Of a stretch of DNA of 64,000 nucleotides, positions 9,314-19,932 are shown in pieces. Position numbers and translations under genes: made by a program. Numbering within the stretch: position 1 is the stretch's first letter; the number at the start of each line of letters is the position of its first letter. The notes beneath the pieces were generated by a model, which saw nothing but the letters and a program-made list of their open reading frames with translations, was not told the origin of the DNA and made no database searches. Location: sequence record OP292654.1. One strand, given 5' to 3'.

Positions 9314-9560
9314 ATCTTTATTAGCAATAATCGAAATTTTTAAAAAGGGAGAGGAATCTGACATGTATATCAGTACTGTTGAATACCTCTTTAAAACTAT
9401 TTGTGATGAAAAAGAAGCTGGTACTTACGATATGAAAAAACATTTCGAAAGTGCTATTCAGATTCACATACGTCTGCGTGGTCATTATCAGGCAGATTTT
9501 AATGGACCACTACTATCGTGGTACAGAAGATTCATTGGGTTACACGGAGGCTTAAAATGA
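9306..9560 (+). CDS. hypothetical protein
   Basis: ORF track; probable start 9306. Confidence 0.6.
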   Translation: MNESLLAIIEIFKKGEESDMYISTVEYLFKTICDEKEAGTYDMKKHFESAIQIHIRLRGHYQADFNGPLLSWYRRFIGLHGGLK

Positions 9561-10114
9561 ATACTGTTATTATTAATCTTGTTGGTGGACCATGTTGTGG
9601 TAAATCAACGACTGCTGCTGGTCTATTCGCAGCACTAAAACTAAAGTCTAAACAGAAAGTCGAGATTGTTACTGAAGTAATCAAAGACTATGTTTATGAT
9701 GAAAATAAAATGGCAATGCAAGACCAGGTTCTAATTACTGCTCAGCAAAATCACCGCCTATTCCGATTAAATGGAAAGGTGGATTTTGTCGTATCTGATG
9801 CTTCACTACTGAATGGTATCATGTACAATGAATTCTATGATGATGTTGATAATATCAGTTCTGAAATTGCTTTCGAACTATATAATCAATATGAGAATAT
9901 TGTATTCCTGCTTCCACGTAAGCCTGAATATGATCAGTACGGAAGAACTCAAACGTTGGAACAGGCAAAGGAAATTGACGCAATCTTTGTTCGCAATCTA
10001 GAACAAATGAATATTCCATTTATTGATATGCGTGAATATACTCATGAAGAAATGCCTATTCGTATTCTTGAAGTACTGAGTGAAAAGTTTAGTTTTGAGG
10101 CTAAAGGCGTCTAA
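9557..10114 (+). CDS. P-loop NTPase/kinase (NadR-like AAA_28 type)
   Basis: INLVGGPCCGKST Walker A. Confidence 0.75.
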   Translation: MNTVIINLVGGPCCGKSTTAAGLFAALKLKSKQKVEIVTEVIKDYVYDENKMAMQDQVLITAQQNHRLFRLNGKVDFVVSDASLLNGIMYNEFYDDVDNISSEIAFELYNQYENIVFLLPRKPEYDQYGRTQTLEQAKEIDAIFVRNLEQMNIPFIDMREYTHEEMPIRILEVLSEKFSFEAKGV

Positions 10115-10116
10115 TT

Positions 10117-10233
10117 ATGTGGCATAACATATTAATGTTTTTCTTTTGGTTCTACGTTATAGCACTTGGTTCTATTGGAGTTATGGCAATTTATGCCGTT
10201 ATTGACTTCTGTAGCTTCCTGAACAAACGTTAA
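10117..10233 (+). CDS. 38-aa single-TM protein (absent from ORF track)
   Basis: Read manually: MWHNILMFFFWFYVIALGSIGVMAIYAVIDFCSFLNKR*. Confidence 0.55.
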   Translation: MWHNILMFFFWFYVIALGSIGVMAIYAVIDFCSFLNKR

Positions 10234-10265
10234 CCAAAGTACCAAAACATTGATCTAGATCAAAG

Positions 10266-10292
10266 AAAATACCCCTTCATATGGGGTATTTT
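10266..10292 (+). terminator. intrinsic terminator
   Basis: AAAATACCCC-ttcatat-GGGGTATTTT. Confidence 0.75.
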
Positions 10293-10343
10293 CATTTTAA
10301 GTGGTTTAAATAAACTACCTAACAATTTGACAAGGAGTGTCTT

Positions 10344-12149
10344 ATGAATAATGAAAGACTGTATAATGATGTATCTGCATTAATAAACCAAAGCAATAAA
10401 GATATAATGAATGAGAATGCTAATAAGGATGCTAAGATTGTAAACACGCATCGTGACTTACTAGCAGGTATTTTATCTAAGCATTACGCCGAGGATGAAA
10501 TATCAGAAGAACTTATGCTTTGGCACAAGAACGGATATGGACATATACATGATCTTGATTACTTCATAAGCCCTTTGACTAACTGTTGTTTAGTTAATTA
10601 CAGAGACATGTTAGAGAACGGTTTTAAGATCGGAAACGCACAAGTTGGTACACCTAATAGTATTGGTGTAGCAAGCACCGTACTGACACAAATAGTACTA
10701 GCAGTATCAGCAAGTCAATATGGTGGTCAAACATTGGCACACATTGATTTTGGTCTTGAACCATACGTTCAAAAGTCCTATAACAAGCTTCTAGAGCAAC
10801 AAAAAGAGTTCGACCTACCGGACGAGTATGTAGAGAAGACCCTCCAAAAAGAGGTGTACGACGCTATGCAAGCCCTTTTATATCAGGTTAATACCATTAC
10901 CAGTAGCAACGGTCAAACACCATTCGTGACTATCACAATGGGTTTAAACACGTCTAAATTTGGTAAAATGATTACAGACTCGTACTTAAAAGTACATGAA
11001 AAAGGTTTAGGTGTAGATGGTAGTACACCAGTATTCCCTAAAGTTGTATTCTTTCTTGAAGATGGTGTGAATATGAAGGAGTCTGATCCTAACTATGACC
11101 TTAAACTTCAAGCAATGAAAACCAGTGCTAAGAGAATTTATCCTGATTTCGTATCCGTACCATTGAATAAGAAAGTAACTGGTAGTACTAGTACGGCTGT
11201 TTCTCCTATGGGCTGTCGTTCATTCCTTGGTAAATGGGATAATAACGGTACTGAACAATATGATGGAAGATTTAATCTAGGGGTGGTATCTATTAATCTT
11301 CCACTACTTGCTCTTGAATCTAAATCCGATGGAGAATTCTTTGGTAAATTGGATTATCACATGACAATGGCTTATCGAGCACAAATGAATCGTGTAGAAC
11401 GGTTGAAAACAATGAAAGCTCGACAAAATCCGACTATGTTTATGGAAGGTGCTATTGCTCGTTTAAATGCTGATGATACAATTGACAAATTATTTTATAA
11501 CGGATATGCTAGTATAAGTATTGGTTATGTTGGATTGGCTGAATGTTCTGAAATTATGCTACAACAGTTAAGTAAGGATTATTGTAAATCCATCTTGCAC
11601 TATATGAAATATAAATGTGAACAATTTAAAGAAGAAAGTACTATCGCATTTAGTTTATATGGTACACCAGCAGAGAGCTTATGTTATAAATTTGCGAAAG
11701 CAATAGAAGAAAAATACCCAAATGTACTAAAGAGAGATTTTATAACAAATTCATTCCATCAACCAGTATGGGTTGAATCATCTCCTTTCAGTAAATTTGA
11801 TTACGAAGAAAGTTTTGCGTACTTAAGTAATGGTGGTAACATCAGTTATGTTGAGACGCCAAATCTTTCTAACAATTTAAAAGCACTTGAAGTACTGATC
11901 GATTATGCGTATGACCGTATTCCATATTTTGGAATTAATCAGCCAGTCGATAAATGTTATAAGTGTGATTTCGAAGGTGAATTTTCGGTAGATAAAGTCG
12001 GTTTCCATTGTCCACAATGTGATAACCGAGAAGAAGGTACTATGTCAGTTATACGTAGAGTATCTGGTTATCTGAGTGCTCCGAATAGTAGACCTTTCAA
12101 TACTGGTAAACAACAAGAAGTTATACAAAGAATCAAACACGGAAGCTAA
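10344..12149 (+). CDS. nrdD: anaerobic ribonucleoside-triphosphate reductase (class III)
   Basis: HIHDLD, TNCCL, PMGCRS, GRFNLG, TPAESLC, Zn ribbon CYKC/CPQC, glycyl-radical loop RRVSGYL; no ATP cone, no intein. Confidence 0.95.
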   Translation: MNNERLYNDVSALINQSNKDIMNENANKDAKIVNTHRDLLAGILSKHYAEDEISEELMLWHKNGYGHIHDLDYFISPLTNCCLVNYRDMLENGFKIGNAQVGTPNSIGVASTVLTQIVLAVSASQYGGQTLAHIDFGLEPYVQKSYNKLLEQQKEFDLPDEYVEKTLQKEVYDAMQALLYQVNTITSSNGQTPFVTITMGLNTSKFGKMITDSYLKVHEKGLGVDGSTPVFPKVVFFLEDGVNMKESDPNYDLKLQAMKTSAKRIYPDFVSVPLNKKVTGSTSTAVSPMGCRSFLGKWDNNGTEQYDGRFNLGVVSINLPLLALESKSDGEFFGKLDYHMTMAYRAQMNRVERLKTMKARQNPTMFMEGAIARLNADDTIDKLFYNGYASISIGYVGLAECSEIMLQQLSKDYCKSILHYMKYKCEQFKEESTIAFSLYGTPAESLCYKFAKAIEEKYPNVLKRDFITNSFHQPVWVESSPFSKFDYEESFAYLSNGGNISYVETPNLSNNLKALEVLIDYAYDRIPYFGINQPVDKCYKCDFEGEFSVDKVGFHCPQCDNREEGTMSVIRRVSGYLSAPNSRPFNTGKQQEVIQRIKHGS

Positions 12150-12150
12150 A

Positions 12151-12780
12151 ATGGAAGATTTATCTAAAAGCAAACAGAAAGTAGTAGAAACATTATCAAA
12201 ATTAATTACAGGTTTAGGCGAAGGTAAAATTACCGTAGCAAGTATTCATGGTGATATTCCAGATATTCTGGCAACCTTCGAGAAAATTGAAGATGGAACA
12301 TATTTCTTAGAAAAAGCAAAAGAATCCGTATCTCAGATTAACCTTCTTCTGGAAGCTAAGTCTGGTTTATATGAATTGCTAGATTATTACATGGAACATG
12401 TTGCTGATTATACTTATAACCAAACAGGTGATCGTATTGAGTTGGTTGTTAGTAAGTTTACTCAGATTAAACCCAAGATTGTAACTAAAGATCATGTTGG
12501 TGAAAAAATTCTTTACGTCGCATCTAAGCCAGTACGCAAAGGTAATATTGATGAATTCACTTCCTATATGGGCGATGATGAATTTGTATTCACCAAGTAC
12601 AGCCATGATGTTGATCAAGTCATAACTCTGAATCATGTTCATGATTTGTCATTTGGGAACTACTTTGTTATCATCAATGGTGATACATATCCTGCTTTCT
12701 ATGCTTTAGATGATATTGCTGGAAAAATTAAGCCATTCTACGCAGGTAGTGGCGTTATCTTTAACATTATGAATACTTAA
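12151..12780 (+). CDS. hypothetical protein
   Basis: ORF track; probable start 12151. Confidence 0.7.
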   Translation: MEDLSKSKQKVVETLSKLITGLGEGKITVASIHGDIPDILATFEKIEDGTYFLEKAKESVSQINLLLEAKSGLYELLDYYMEHVADYTYNQTGDRIELVVSKFTQIKPKIVTKDHVGEKILYVASKPVRKGNIDEFTSYMGDDEFVFTKYSHDVDQVITLNHVHDLSFGNYFVIINGDTYPAFYALDDIAGKIKPFYAGSGVIFNIMNT

Positions 12781-12781
12781 T

Positions 12782-13300
12782 ATGATACCATTCGACTTGA
12801 CAAAACGTGAAAATATGTTGCTATATTTTTCTCTAAAGGAAAAGCATGACTATTCTTTAGGGAATAAGCGTGATATAATGATACACACAATTAGTTGCTA
12901 TCTTAAACCGTATGTTCAGTCGAAAAGTACTATTATCATTCCTGAAAGTTCTTCTGATTTTATTTTTAAAGTTGTGAAGAACTTAGGAAAAGATATTCGT
13001 ATTGCGAAGAAAAATAATATTCAGTACTTTAAAGACTTAGCTCCTACGCTTGGTCTTCAAAAGGCTGAATTACGTAGTCATTTAGAACGTATGGAAGAAA
13101 TGGGTGATACCTTTAAGATTAATATGCTTAAAGCAACCCAACGAACAAAATATATAGAGCATCTTTTTACAAGGACTGTAGTGAAGCAAAATTCTATTAT
13201 CATTGATGATAGTAATTTTAGTGGAAGTACTCGTGATGCTCTAATATTCAGTACTAAAATCAATAATTACATTCCTATATTCTCTAAGGATAAGTTATGA
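12782..13300 (+). CDS. phosphoribosyltransferase-fold protein
   Basis: IIIDDSNFSGST resembles the PRPP-binding loop. Confidence 0.5.
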   Translation: MIPFDLTKRENMLLYFSLKEKHDYSLGNKRDIMIHTISCYLKPYVQSKSTIIIPESSSDFIFKVVKNLGKDIRIAKKNNIQYFKDLAPTLGLQKAELRSHLERMEEMGDTFKINMLKATQRTKYIEHLFTRTVVKQNSIIIDDSNFSGSTRDALIFSTKINNYIPIFSKDKL

Positions 13301-13746
13301 TACATGAAAAAGTTAATACACTGTGGGGTTTACGATTTAATGATTCTGAACTTCTAGGATACCTGCCAGTTTTTGATGAAGATTTTAATGCTATAAGCTA
13401 TTATTCGTGTGAGAACCTGCACCCTGAAGCAGAACATCGCCGTGTTGTTCCATGCTACCAGTACAAAGTTAGTGATGAATGGACAACTGCTGAAGAAGAT
13501 TTCTTTATGCGTGAATCATTGTCACCAAAATCACGTGAAGTAGATGTATTACGGCATGAAATCTATCGTGATGACTACATTCAAAATTTCAATGATAACA
13601 AATATGTTGTTATTTTTGTTGGTTGTGATGATGGTGACAAAATTATGCGGTTCAAAGATCGTGAACATGCTATTGAGTTTTTAGAAGGTATCACATATTT
13701 TGATGAAATTTATGATACTCACGAATTTCTAATGAGTAATTACTAA
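13297..13746 (+). CDS. hypothetical protein
   Basis: ORF track. Confidence 0.7.
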   Translation: MIHEKVNTLWGLRFNDSELLGYLPVFDEDFNAISYYSCENLHPEAEHRRVVPCYQYKVSDEWTTAEEDFFMRESLSPKSREVDVLRHEIYRDDYIQNFNDNKYVVIFVGCDDGDKIMRFKDREHAIEFLEGITYFDEIYDTHEFLMSNY

Positions 13747-14219
13747 TGAACTATCAAACAATAGTGAAAGATGACCTAATAAACGGAACTGGTGTTCGTG
13801 TAAGTTTATATGTATCAGGTTGTAGTCACGGATGCCCAGGTTGTTTCAATGAAACAGCTTGGGATTATCGTTCTGGAACACCATTTGGTGAAGAACAGAT
13901 AAACACAATTAAAGAAGAACTATCTAAACCATATATAGAAGGATTAACTCTACTTGGTGGCGATCCCCTGATGCCTAAAAATATCAGTACTGTTCTTGAG
14001 TTGTGTAGAATCGTGAAAGAAGAATTCCCAACAAAAAATATTTGGTGCTGGACAGGTTATACACTTGAAGAAGTACTAGAAAATCACGCTCATGATATTC
14101 TAAATTATGTAGATGTGTTAGTTGATGGTAAATTTGTTGAAGAACTTAAGAATCTAAGACTACCATTTAGAGGTTCAGAAAATCAAAGAGTACTGATAAA
14201 AGGAAAAGATTATGAGTAA
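13746..14219 (+). CDS. nrdG: anaerobic RNR activating enzyme (radical SAM)
   Basis: DDLINGTGVRVSLYVSGCSHGCPGCFN, GGDPL, FRGSENQR. Confidence 0.95.
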   Translation: MNYQTIVKDDLINGTGVRVSLYVSGCSHGCPGCFNETAWDYRSGTPFGEEQINTIKEELSKPYIEGLTLLGGDPLMPKNISTVLELCRIVKEEFPTKNIWCWTGYTLEEVLENHAHDILNYVDVLVDGKFVEELKNLRLPFRGSENQRVLIKGKDYE

Positions 14220-14385
14220 AGTTATTTACAACAAAACATTTCAAGGCAATCAGGTTGAGGATATTGATCCTACCGATTTTCTTGATAACGATGATGTAGT
14301 TACTGATGCGTTTGGTGATGCTCATGGAACATTCACTGTTACTGTAACATATACCCCACCAGACTATGATCCTGATGAAGAATAA
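14212..14385 (+). CDS. 57-aa acidic protein (absent from ORF track)
   Basis: Read manually: MSKVIYNKTF...DYDPDEE*; SD AAGGA. Confidence 0.6.
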   Translation: MSKVIYNKTFQGNQVEDIDPTDFLDNDDVVTDAFGDAHGTFTVTVTYTPPDYDPDEE

Positions 14386-14407
14386 GCACCCAATGGGTGC
14401 TTTTTTT
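14384..14407 (+). terminator. intrinsic terminator
   Basis: AAGCACCC-aat-GGGTGCTT plus T-run. Confidence 0.85.
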
Positions 14408-14460
14408 GTTTGTACCCTGCATAAATACAACAATGAATATCTTAAACTATAGGGATATAT

Positions 14461-17154
14461 ATGGCTAAAAAAATTCTAGGAAATTTACAGGTTGGAAGAT
14501 ACGCTTCTTCTCAAGGGAGAAACTTAACAACTTCAGTTGAGGGAGCAAACTTTAGTACTTCAGGAAGTCTAGAGATCGATTCTTACACCCAAGATGAATT
14601 CAACAAAATAGTTAGTGTATTACCACTATCTCACTATGGTTCCTTTAACTACATTCCTGCTGGAGTTTACGGTTCTTATGAAGGTGCGAGTGATGTAATA
14701 AGCTACAGATACCGTAAACTATTCGTCGAAGATGACGGAACATTAATGATTCTACGTCCTGGTACTAATGGTGCTAAACGTGGCGTTTACTATTCATATC
14801 TGAATAATATTTTAAGTACTACAACATTATCAACATCAATCAATACAAATAAAGAATACAAACCAGGTTATTTTGGTTCAACTTATACAGCAAAGTACTT
14901 GTATGCAACTGACAATAGAGTAACTTCTGGTGTGGCGTTTAATTCATCAAATGACCCATATGTATTTGTATCATGGATGAATGGTACATTAAATGACACA
15001 CAGCACACTGGTATTCTAATACCACTAGCAACAATAGTGCCGAGTGGTACAGTGCGTTTTGTAATGACTGGTAATACCAACATTTACTTCTTTACTGAAG
15101 TCAGTACTGGTTCAAATTTATCATTTGAAATTAGGTCAATTCCTATTTCTCAAGTACAAGCAGGTGGATCATATACGATTACAAATTATGCTACTTGGAG
15201 TACTACCGGTTTCTATGGTACAGTTACTAATAGTACTGAATTAACGATTATACCATTACTTCAAAGCACTAATGCTGCTGATAATCCTTATATGTTAATT
15301 CCAGCAGCAACAACCAGTGCTAATCCATTTATGACAGGTGTTGATATATACGCTGCTCAAAATAGTGCTGGAACAATTAGACTCAGAGTTGTGGGTGATG
15401 CTTGGTGTACAACACCACTTAGAAATGTACGCCCTAAACATACATTTAGTTTCTTATTGAACATGACAGCTAAGACTGCGACTCTTGAAGCTGGTAATAT
15501 TGCTCCATTGACAATTACAGATCCAGGAAGTGGAACAGTACTGAATGTATCTGGTTCAACCTATTCAACAGACCCAATTCCAACTATTAATACCCAACGT
15601 TCAAACTACGTAATGGGATATTATTATTTTGATAATGGTACAACAATAGCTATTGGTTCTCCGAACCAAGGTGATACTTTAATAAGTCGTGGTAATTATC
15701 CAAATGCAACATCAGTATATGATACCTTACAGGTTCGAAGTCATCCAACAAGCATAAATTATACTCAATCAAATATGAACTATCAATATGGTTCTCCAGT
15801 TGGTTCTAATTTAATGAGTATGGAATGGTTGCCTAATAATAGATATAGAGTAAATTCTCTTATCGGTTCATGGGTTAACTCAGTTAACCAATATGTTCCT
15901 GGTGCGACATATACATTTGATTCTGTATCGTTTGGAACAATTCAAGGTTATCAACCAACAGTCAATCGTTACAGAACTACATACGATAATGACCATCGTT
16001 TCTTCATTAGCACTATAAATGGAAGTACAGTTACAACCAATGGTGGAATGTTCATTGAGAATACTAAAGTTTCATCTGGTGTAACATATGATGGTGATAT
16101 GAATAGTACTGGTTCAATGAGTATTGCTAATTCTCTGTTAACATCATTTAAAAATTCACAACTGTCATCAAGTACAATTACGTTGGATTCATCAAATGTA
16201 AGTAATATTACACTGTATGTTCCACAACAAACTGACTGTCCTGCTTTTGCTTTAATTACAGCAGTTACCACAACACAAACAAGTTATGTTAAAGTGGTGG
16301 AAGTAAATGTTAATACAAGAACTGGAACCATTACAACTTTAACATTAAAGAGATTAGTGTATGAAGATTCTGGTCAATTTGGTTCAATAGCACAACCTGC
16401 TAATTATGGTGTAGTTCAAGCTAGTACTGGATTAACAATTTATGATGCTGGAACATTCTACTTCATAGGTGGTGCTGATCCATACATTTATAAAACTACG
16501 GGTGATAGTAACGCAATTACTTTTCGAGCTAAAGTGACTAAAAGTACTGGTCAAATGGATAGTTTTATTCCAACTAGTACATATCAGAATCATGTTCCTA
16601 ATGTGGGTTCAATGCCTTTTGCTGCACCAGGTATTGGCTTTGGATATATTGATTATGTTGCTTCATGGGCTGATGACGCTGTTAGATTAATATTCCGTTC
16701 ATGCGGTACTACACTAGCTCAATATAATGCGTGGACTGATGTTGGTTCTCCAATTCTATTAGCATCACAAGATGTTGCTCAAGGGTTTATAATTTACTTT
16801 ACAGAACCAACCTCGTTGCTACTGAGTGGAAAATCGTTCACATTGCCAGTACAAAATATTGATCTGACAACAGTGAAAGCTAACCCAGCTAACAGTACTT
16901 TTTATATCTACGCAGTAATGCAAGAAGGATTAGCAAAATATATTGCTACGGAAACTGTAATTGCTGAATCAGGAACAACAGCATATAACACATTCTGGAT
17001 TGGTACAGTAACAACCAATGCTCTACAAATTGAAACAATTAACATTTTTAAACGTAGTCGTTTAGATGTGTTCGGCACTTCACTAGAAGCCGCTGGTTCT
17101 TCAATCCCTGTTAGTTATGGTCTACCTACTGGTTCAGGAACAATCAACTGGTAA
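14461..17154 (+). CDS. large Ser/Thr-rich virion structural protein, paralog 1 (fibre/appendage-like)
   Basis: Shares LRPGTNG and QDVxQGF..YFT..ANP.N.TFY motifs and terminal Trp with the next two ORFs; preceded by CATAAATA late promoter. Confidence 0.7.
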   Translation: MAKKILGNLQVGRYASSQGRNLTTSVEGANFSTSGSLEIDSYTQDEFNKIVSVLPLSHYGSFNYIPAGVYGSYEGASDVISYRYRKLFVEDDGTLMILRPGTNGAKRGVYYSYLNNILSTTTLSTSINTNKEYKPGYFGSTYTAKYLYATDNRVTSGVAFNSSNDPYVFVSWMNGTLNDTQHTGILIPLATIVPSGTVRFVMTGNTNIYFFTEVSTGSNLSFEIRSIPISQVQAGGSYTITNYATWSTTGFYGTVTNSTELTIIPLLQSTNAADNPYMLIPAATTSANPFMTGVDIYAAQNSAGTIRLRVVGDAWCTTPLRNVRPKHTFSFLLNMTAKTATLEAGNIAPLTITDPGSGTVLNVSGSTYSTDPIPTINTQRSNYVMGYYYFDNGTTIAIGSPNQGDTLISRGNYPNATSVYDTLQVRSHPTSINYTQSNMNYQYGSPVGSNLMSMEWLPNNRYRVNSLIGSWVNSVNQYVPGATYTFDSVSFGTIQGYQPTVNRYRTTYDNDHRFFISTINGSTVTTNGGMFIENTKVSSGVTYDGDMNSTGSMSIANSLLTSFKNSQLSSSTITLDSSNVSNITLYVPQQTDCPAFALITAVTTTQTSYVKVVEVNVNTRTGTITTLTLKRLVYEDSGQFGSIAQPANYGVVQASTGLTIYDAGTFYFIGGADPYIYKTTGDSNAITFRAKVTKSTGQMDSFIPTSTYQNHVPNVGSMPFAAPGIGFGYIDYVASWADDAVRLIFRSCGTTLAQYNAWTDVGSPILLASQDVAQGFIIYFTEPTSLLLSGKSFTLPVQNIDLTTVKANPANSTFYIYAVMQEGLAKYIATETVIAESGTTAYNTFWIGTVTTNALQIETINIFKRSRLDVFGTSLEAAGSSIPVSYGLPTGSGTINW

Positions 17155-17166
17155 AAGGATTTACAT

Positions 17167-19920
17167 ATGGCATATGTCATTAAAGGTGATGTGAATGTCA
17201 CCGGAAATATAACAGTACAAAGTAAAAATGTAGGTACTAGTATCACAACCACTGGTAATAGTACTGTTTACTTGGCTGATACATCTGGACACGTAGACTT
17301 ACCTTTACCGTCCAAATCTGATGTAGATTACATTTTAAAACAACTTCCTCTATCACAATATGGTGCGTTGAATAACAACGCACCTGGTGTGGCAGGAACA
17401 TTTGATGGTGGTAGCACACTGGCATACTATTCAGCTATGCCAGTTCTATTAGAAGCTGATGGTTCTTTGGTTTATCTTCGCCCAGGAACTAATGGTAGTT
17501 CTGTAAATTATTACTACACTTATATAAACAATCCAAATGCTTCAATGCAACCATTCACCACTATTAATTCTTATTATACTGGTTCGTGGAAGACAATTTT
17601 GTTTCATGATAGTGATGCAAAAACATGCTTAACATTTGAAGAAGTGGGGAATAATGTACTTCATTTAGTACTTACGAATGGTACTTTAACTAAAGCAAAT
17701 CATCAATCAGCAACTATTGCTCGTAACCTTATACCGTACACTATTATGAATTCTATAGTTATTGGTTCATATATGTACATCGTTACACTTTATTCATCAG
17801 TTAATGATCTTAATAATCCAACTGGAATATACTATAATGGCAATGATCCATTTGAATTTGTTTTATACAGAATACCTGTTTCACAGATTCAGACAGGTTC
17901 AGTAACAACGGTTGAACAAATATCTGGAATAACCGGTAATACACTATATGGTGATTCACAAGGTTCACAAGGTTATATTCGTATAGCAGATTTATGGCAA
18001 AGCACAATTGAAAGTGGTAATAAATCTTGGATTAGATACAGTTCAGCACTCAATGGAGTTGCTGGATATACATACACAATTATTGGTTCAGTAAAATGTA
18101 TTTTTGATGGAACAAATTTAATTATCTCTATGAACAATAACACATTTGTTAGAAATAATTCATTACGTTCTGATACTAGACCAGCTTTTAGAATTTTCTA
18201 TAATGTTAGTACTAAAGCATTTACTACAGATTTAACAACTGGTTCGCCTCTAGTTGCTACTGGTGGTGTTAGTGGTAATATCACATGGACACATCCATAT
18301 TCTGTAAACAGTTCAAATATATTCGGTAATGGTACAGCGGTATCAGATAGTTTAAATGGAACTTGGTATATTACTGAAAATGGAACACAATATTACATTC
18401 GAGAAAAATATGTTCTTAGTGATAACTATTACGTATATTCTGGTAAAATTAATAACTTCACTAATAAAGTAGATGCTTATAATGTTCGTGGTAGAACATT
18501 TAATAGTGTGGTACAATATAATGTATACGCAGATTATGCTTCACGTGTTGGTGATCAACTGATGGGTGGGATTCCTATTAGTACTAGTAGAGTGTTGTTT
18601 AGCGGTACTGGTACATATGAAGGTACAAAATATTTGAAATATTCTAAAGGTATTTCTGATATTGGCACAACAAGAACATACACATATAATTCATTTAAAC
18701 GAGGTACTATTACTGGTTATGGACCACAAGCTACTCGCTTACCATTACCAACTGCTACTGAAAATGCAACATATGGTGGTGTATCATATTGTGATTCTTC
18801 AGGAAATGTAACATTCTTTGGAACTGTATTCGTTGAAGGCTCTGTATTATCCGCAGGTTATCAATTGAATCCAACAACTTTGTTGTATGATAAAACTATT
18901 TCTATTTCAAATACGGTACTAACTAATTTAAAAAATAGCATATTATCAAACCAAGGATTATCACCATCTTCTAGTACTATTGCGTTGTATTATTCTCCTA
19001 ATACTTCATATTTTGCGAGTGTTGCGTGTGTAACCAGCCTTAATTCTGGTGGTGGCGGTAATATGATTTTAGCATCAGTTAACTGTACTGCTGATACTTC
19101 TTCAGTACTGACGGCAACCCTAAACACTGTAATTAATAATTATAGTGATGCTTCATTTATATCAACATCAACAAACGGTACAGCAACATCAGAGATGCGT
19201 AGACATGGTGGTTTGTGTGTAGTTAATTATAGTGATTTTACATATGTATCTTTACCACACTTAATAAATGTTGGAGTGGCAGGTGATTCTCGTGAATATT
19301 CATACGCTGGTGTTAAATCAGGAAATACTTTAACTTCATTGATAATGTCTAATAGCTATCATGCACCAGACATTTCACCAGGTTCTCGTGAATATAGCTA
19401 TATCCCTAACTATGGTTTTGGATATTATGTATTCCAAGACACAGATCAAGGAACAAAACTTATATTCAAACGTTGTGGTAGTACGCTATCAGAGTTCAAT
19501 TCAAATATGGCTTCTGGTACAGGAACAGATACAGTAATTCTAGCTCAAGATGTTCCTCAAGGATTTTATTTGTATTTTACTGAAGTAACTCCATTATTCC
19601 TAAGTGGGCAATACTTTGATGTTCCTATTACAGCAATTGACTTAAGTACAGTACAAGCTAACCCAGGAAATACAACATTCTATGTTTATATAAAATTGGC
19701 GTTAGGAACTCCATCTTATGTAGTAAGTACTACAACCTTACCTGAAACTGATACGCAAATGTTTTTAGGAACAATTGTCACGGATGGTACAAAAGTTGCT
19801 ACGTTAAATATAAAGAAGGTTTCTAGACTAGACACATACAGGCCAAGTACTACCCAAATTGGTTCTGCGTTCCCTGTCAGTACTGGTAATCCTACACAAA
19901 CAGGAACAATTACCTGGTAA
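17167..19920 (+). CDS. large Ser/Thr-rich virion structural protein, paralog 2
   Basis: Same N- and C-terminal motifs; SD AAGGA. Confidence 0.7.
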   Translation: MAYVIKGDVNVTGNITVQSKNVGTSITTTGNSTVYLADTSGHVDLPLPSKSDVDYILKQLPLSQYGALNNNAPGVAGTFDGGSTLAYYSAMPVLLEADGSLVYLRPGTNGSSVNYYYTYINNPNASMQPFTTINSYYTGSWKTILFHDSDAKTCLTFEEVGNNVLHLVLTNGTLTKANHQSATIARNLIPYTIMNSIVIGSYMYIVTLYSSVNDLNNPTGIYYNGNDPFEFVLYRIPVSQIQTGSVTTVEQISGITGNTLYGDSQGSQGYIRIADLWQSTIESGNKSWIRYSSALNGVAGYTYTIIGSVKCIFDGTNLIISMNNNTFVRNNSLRSDTRPAFRIFYNVSTKAFTTDLTTGSPLVATGGVSGNITWTHPYSVNSSNIFGNGTAVSDSLNGTWYITENGTQYYIREKYVLSDNYYVYSGKINNFTNKVDAYNVRGRTFNSVVQYNVYADYASRVGDQLMGGIPISTSRVLFSGTGTYEGTKYLKYSKGISDIGTTRTYTYNSFKRGTITGYGPQATRLPLPTATENATYGGVSYCDSSGNVTFFGTVFVEGSVLSAGYQLNPTTLLYDKTISISNTVLTNLKNSILSNQGLSPSSSTIALYYSPNTSYFASVACVTSLNSGGGGNMILASVNCTADTSSVLTATLNTVINNYSDASFISTSTNGTATSEMRRHGGLCVVNYSDFTYVSLPHLINVGVAGDSREYSYAGVKSGNTLTSLIMSNSYHAPDISPGSREYSYIPNYGFGYYVFQDTDQGTKLIFKRCGSTLSEFNSNMASGTGTDTVILAQDVPQGFYLYFTEVTPLFLSGQYFDVPITAIDLSTVQANPGNTTFYVYIKLALGTPSYVVSTTTLPETDTQMFLGTIVTDGTKVATLNIKKVSRLDTYRPSTTQIGSAFPVSTGNPTQTGTITW

Positions 19921-19932
19921 AAGGAAAATTAA

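Noticed and set aside
10344-12149. Intein or intron in nrdD
   Set aside because: Length ~600 aa is typical of ATP-cone-less phage NrdD and motifs are contiguous
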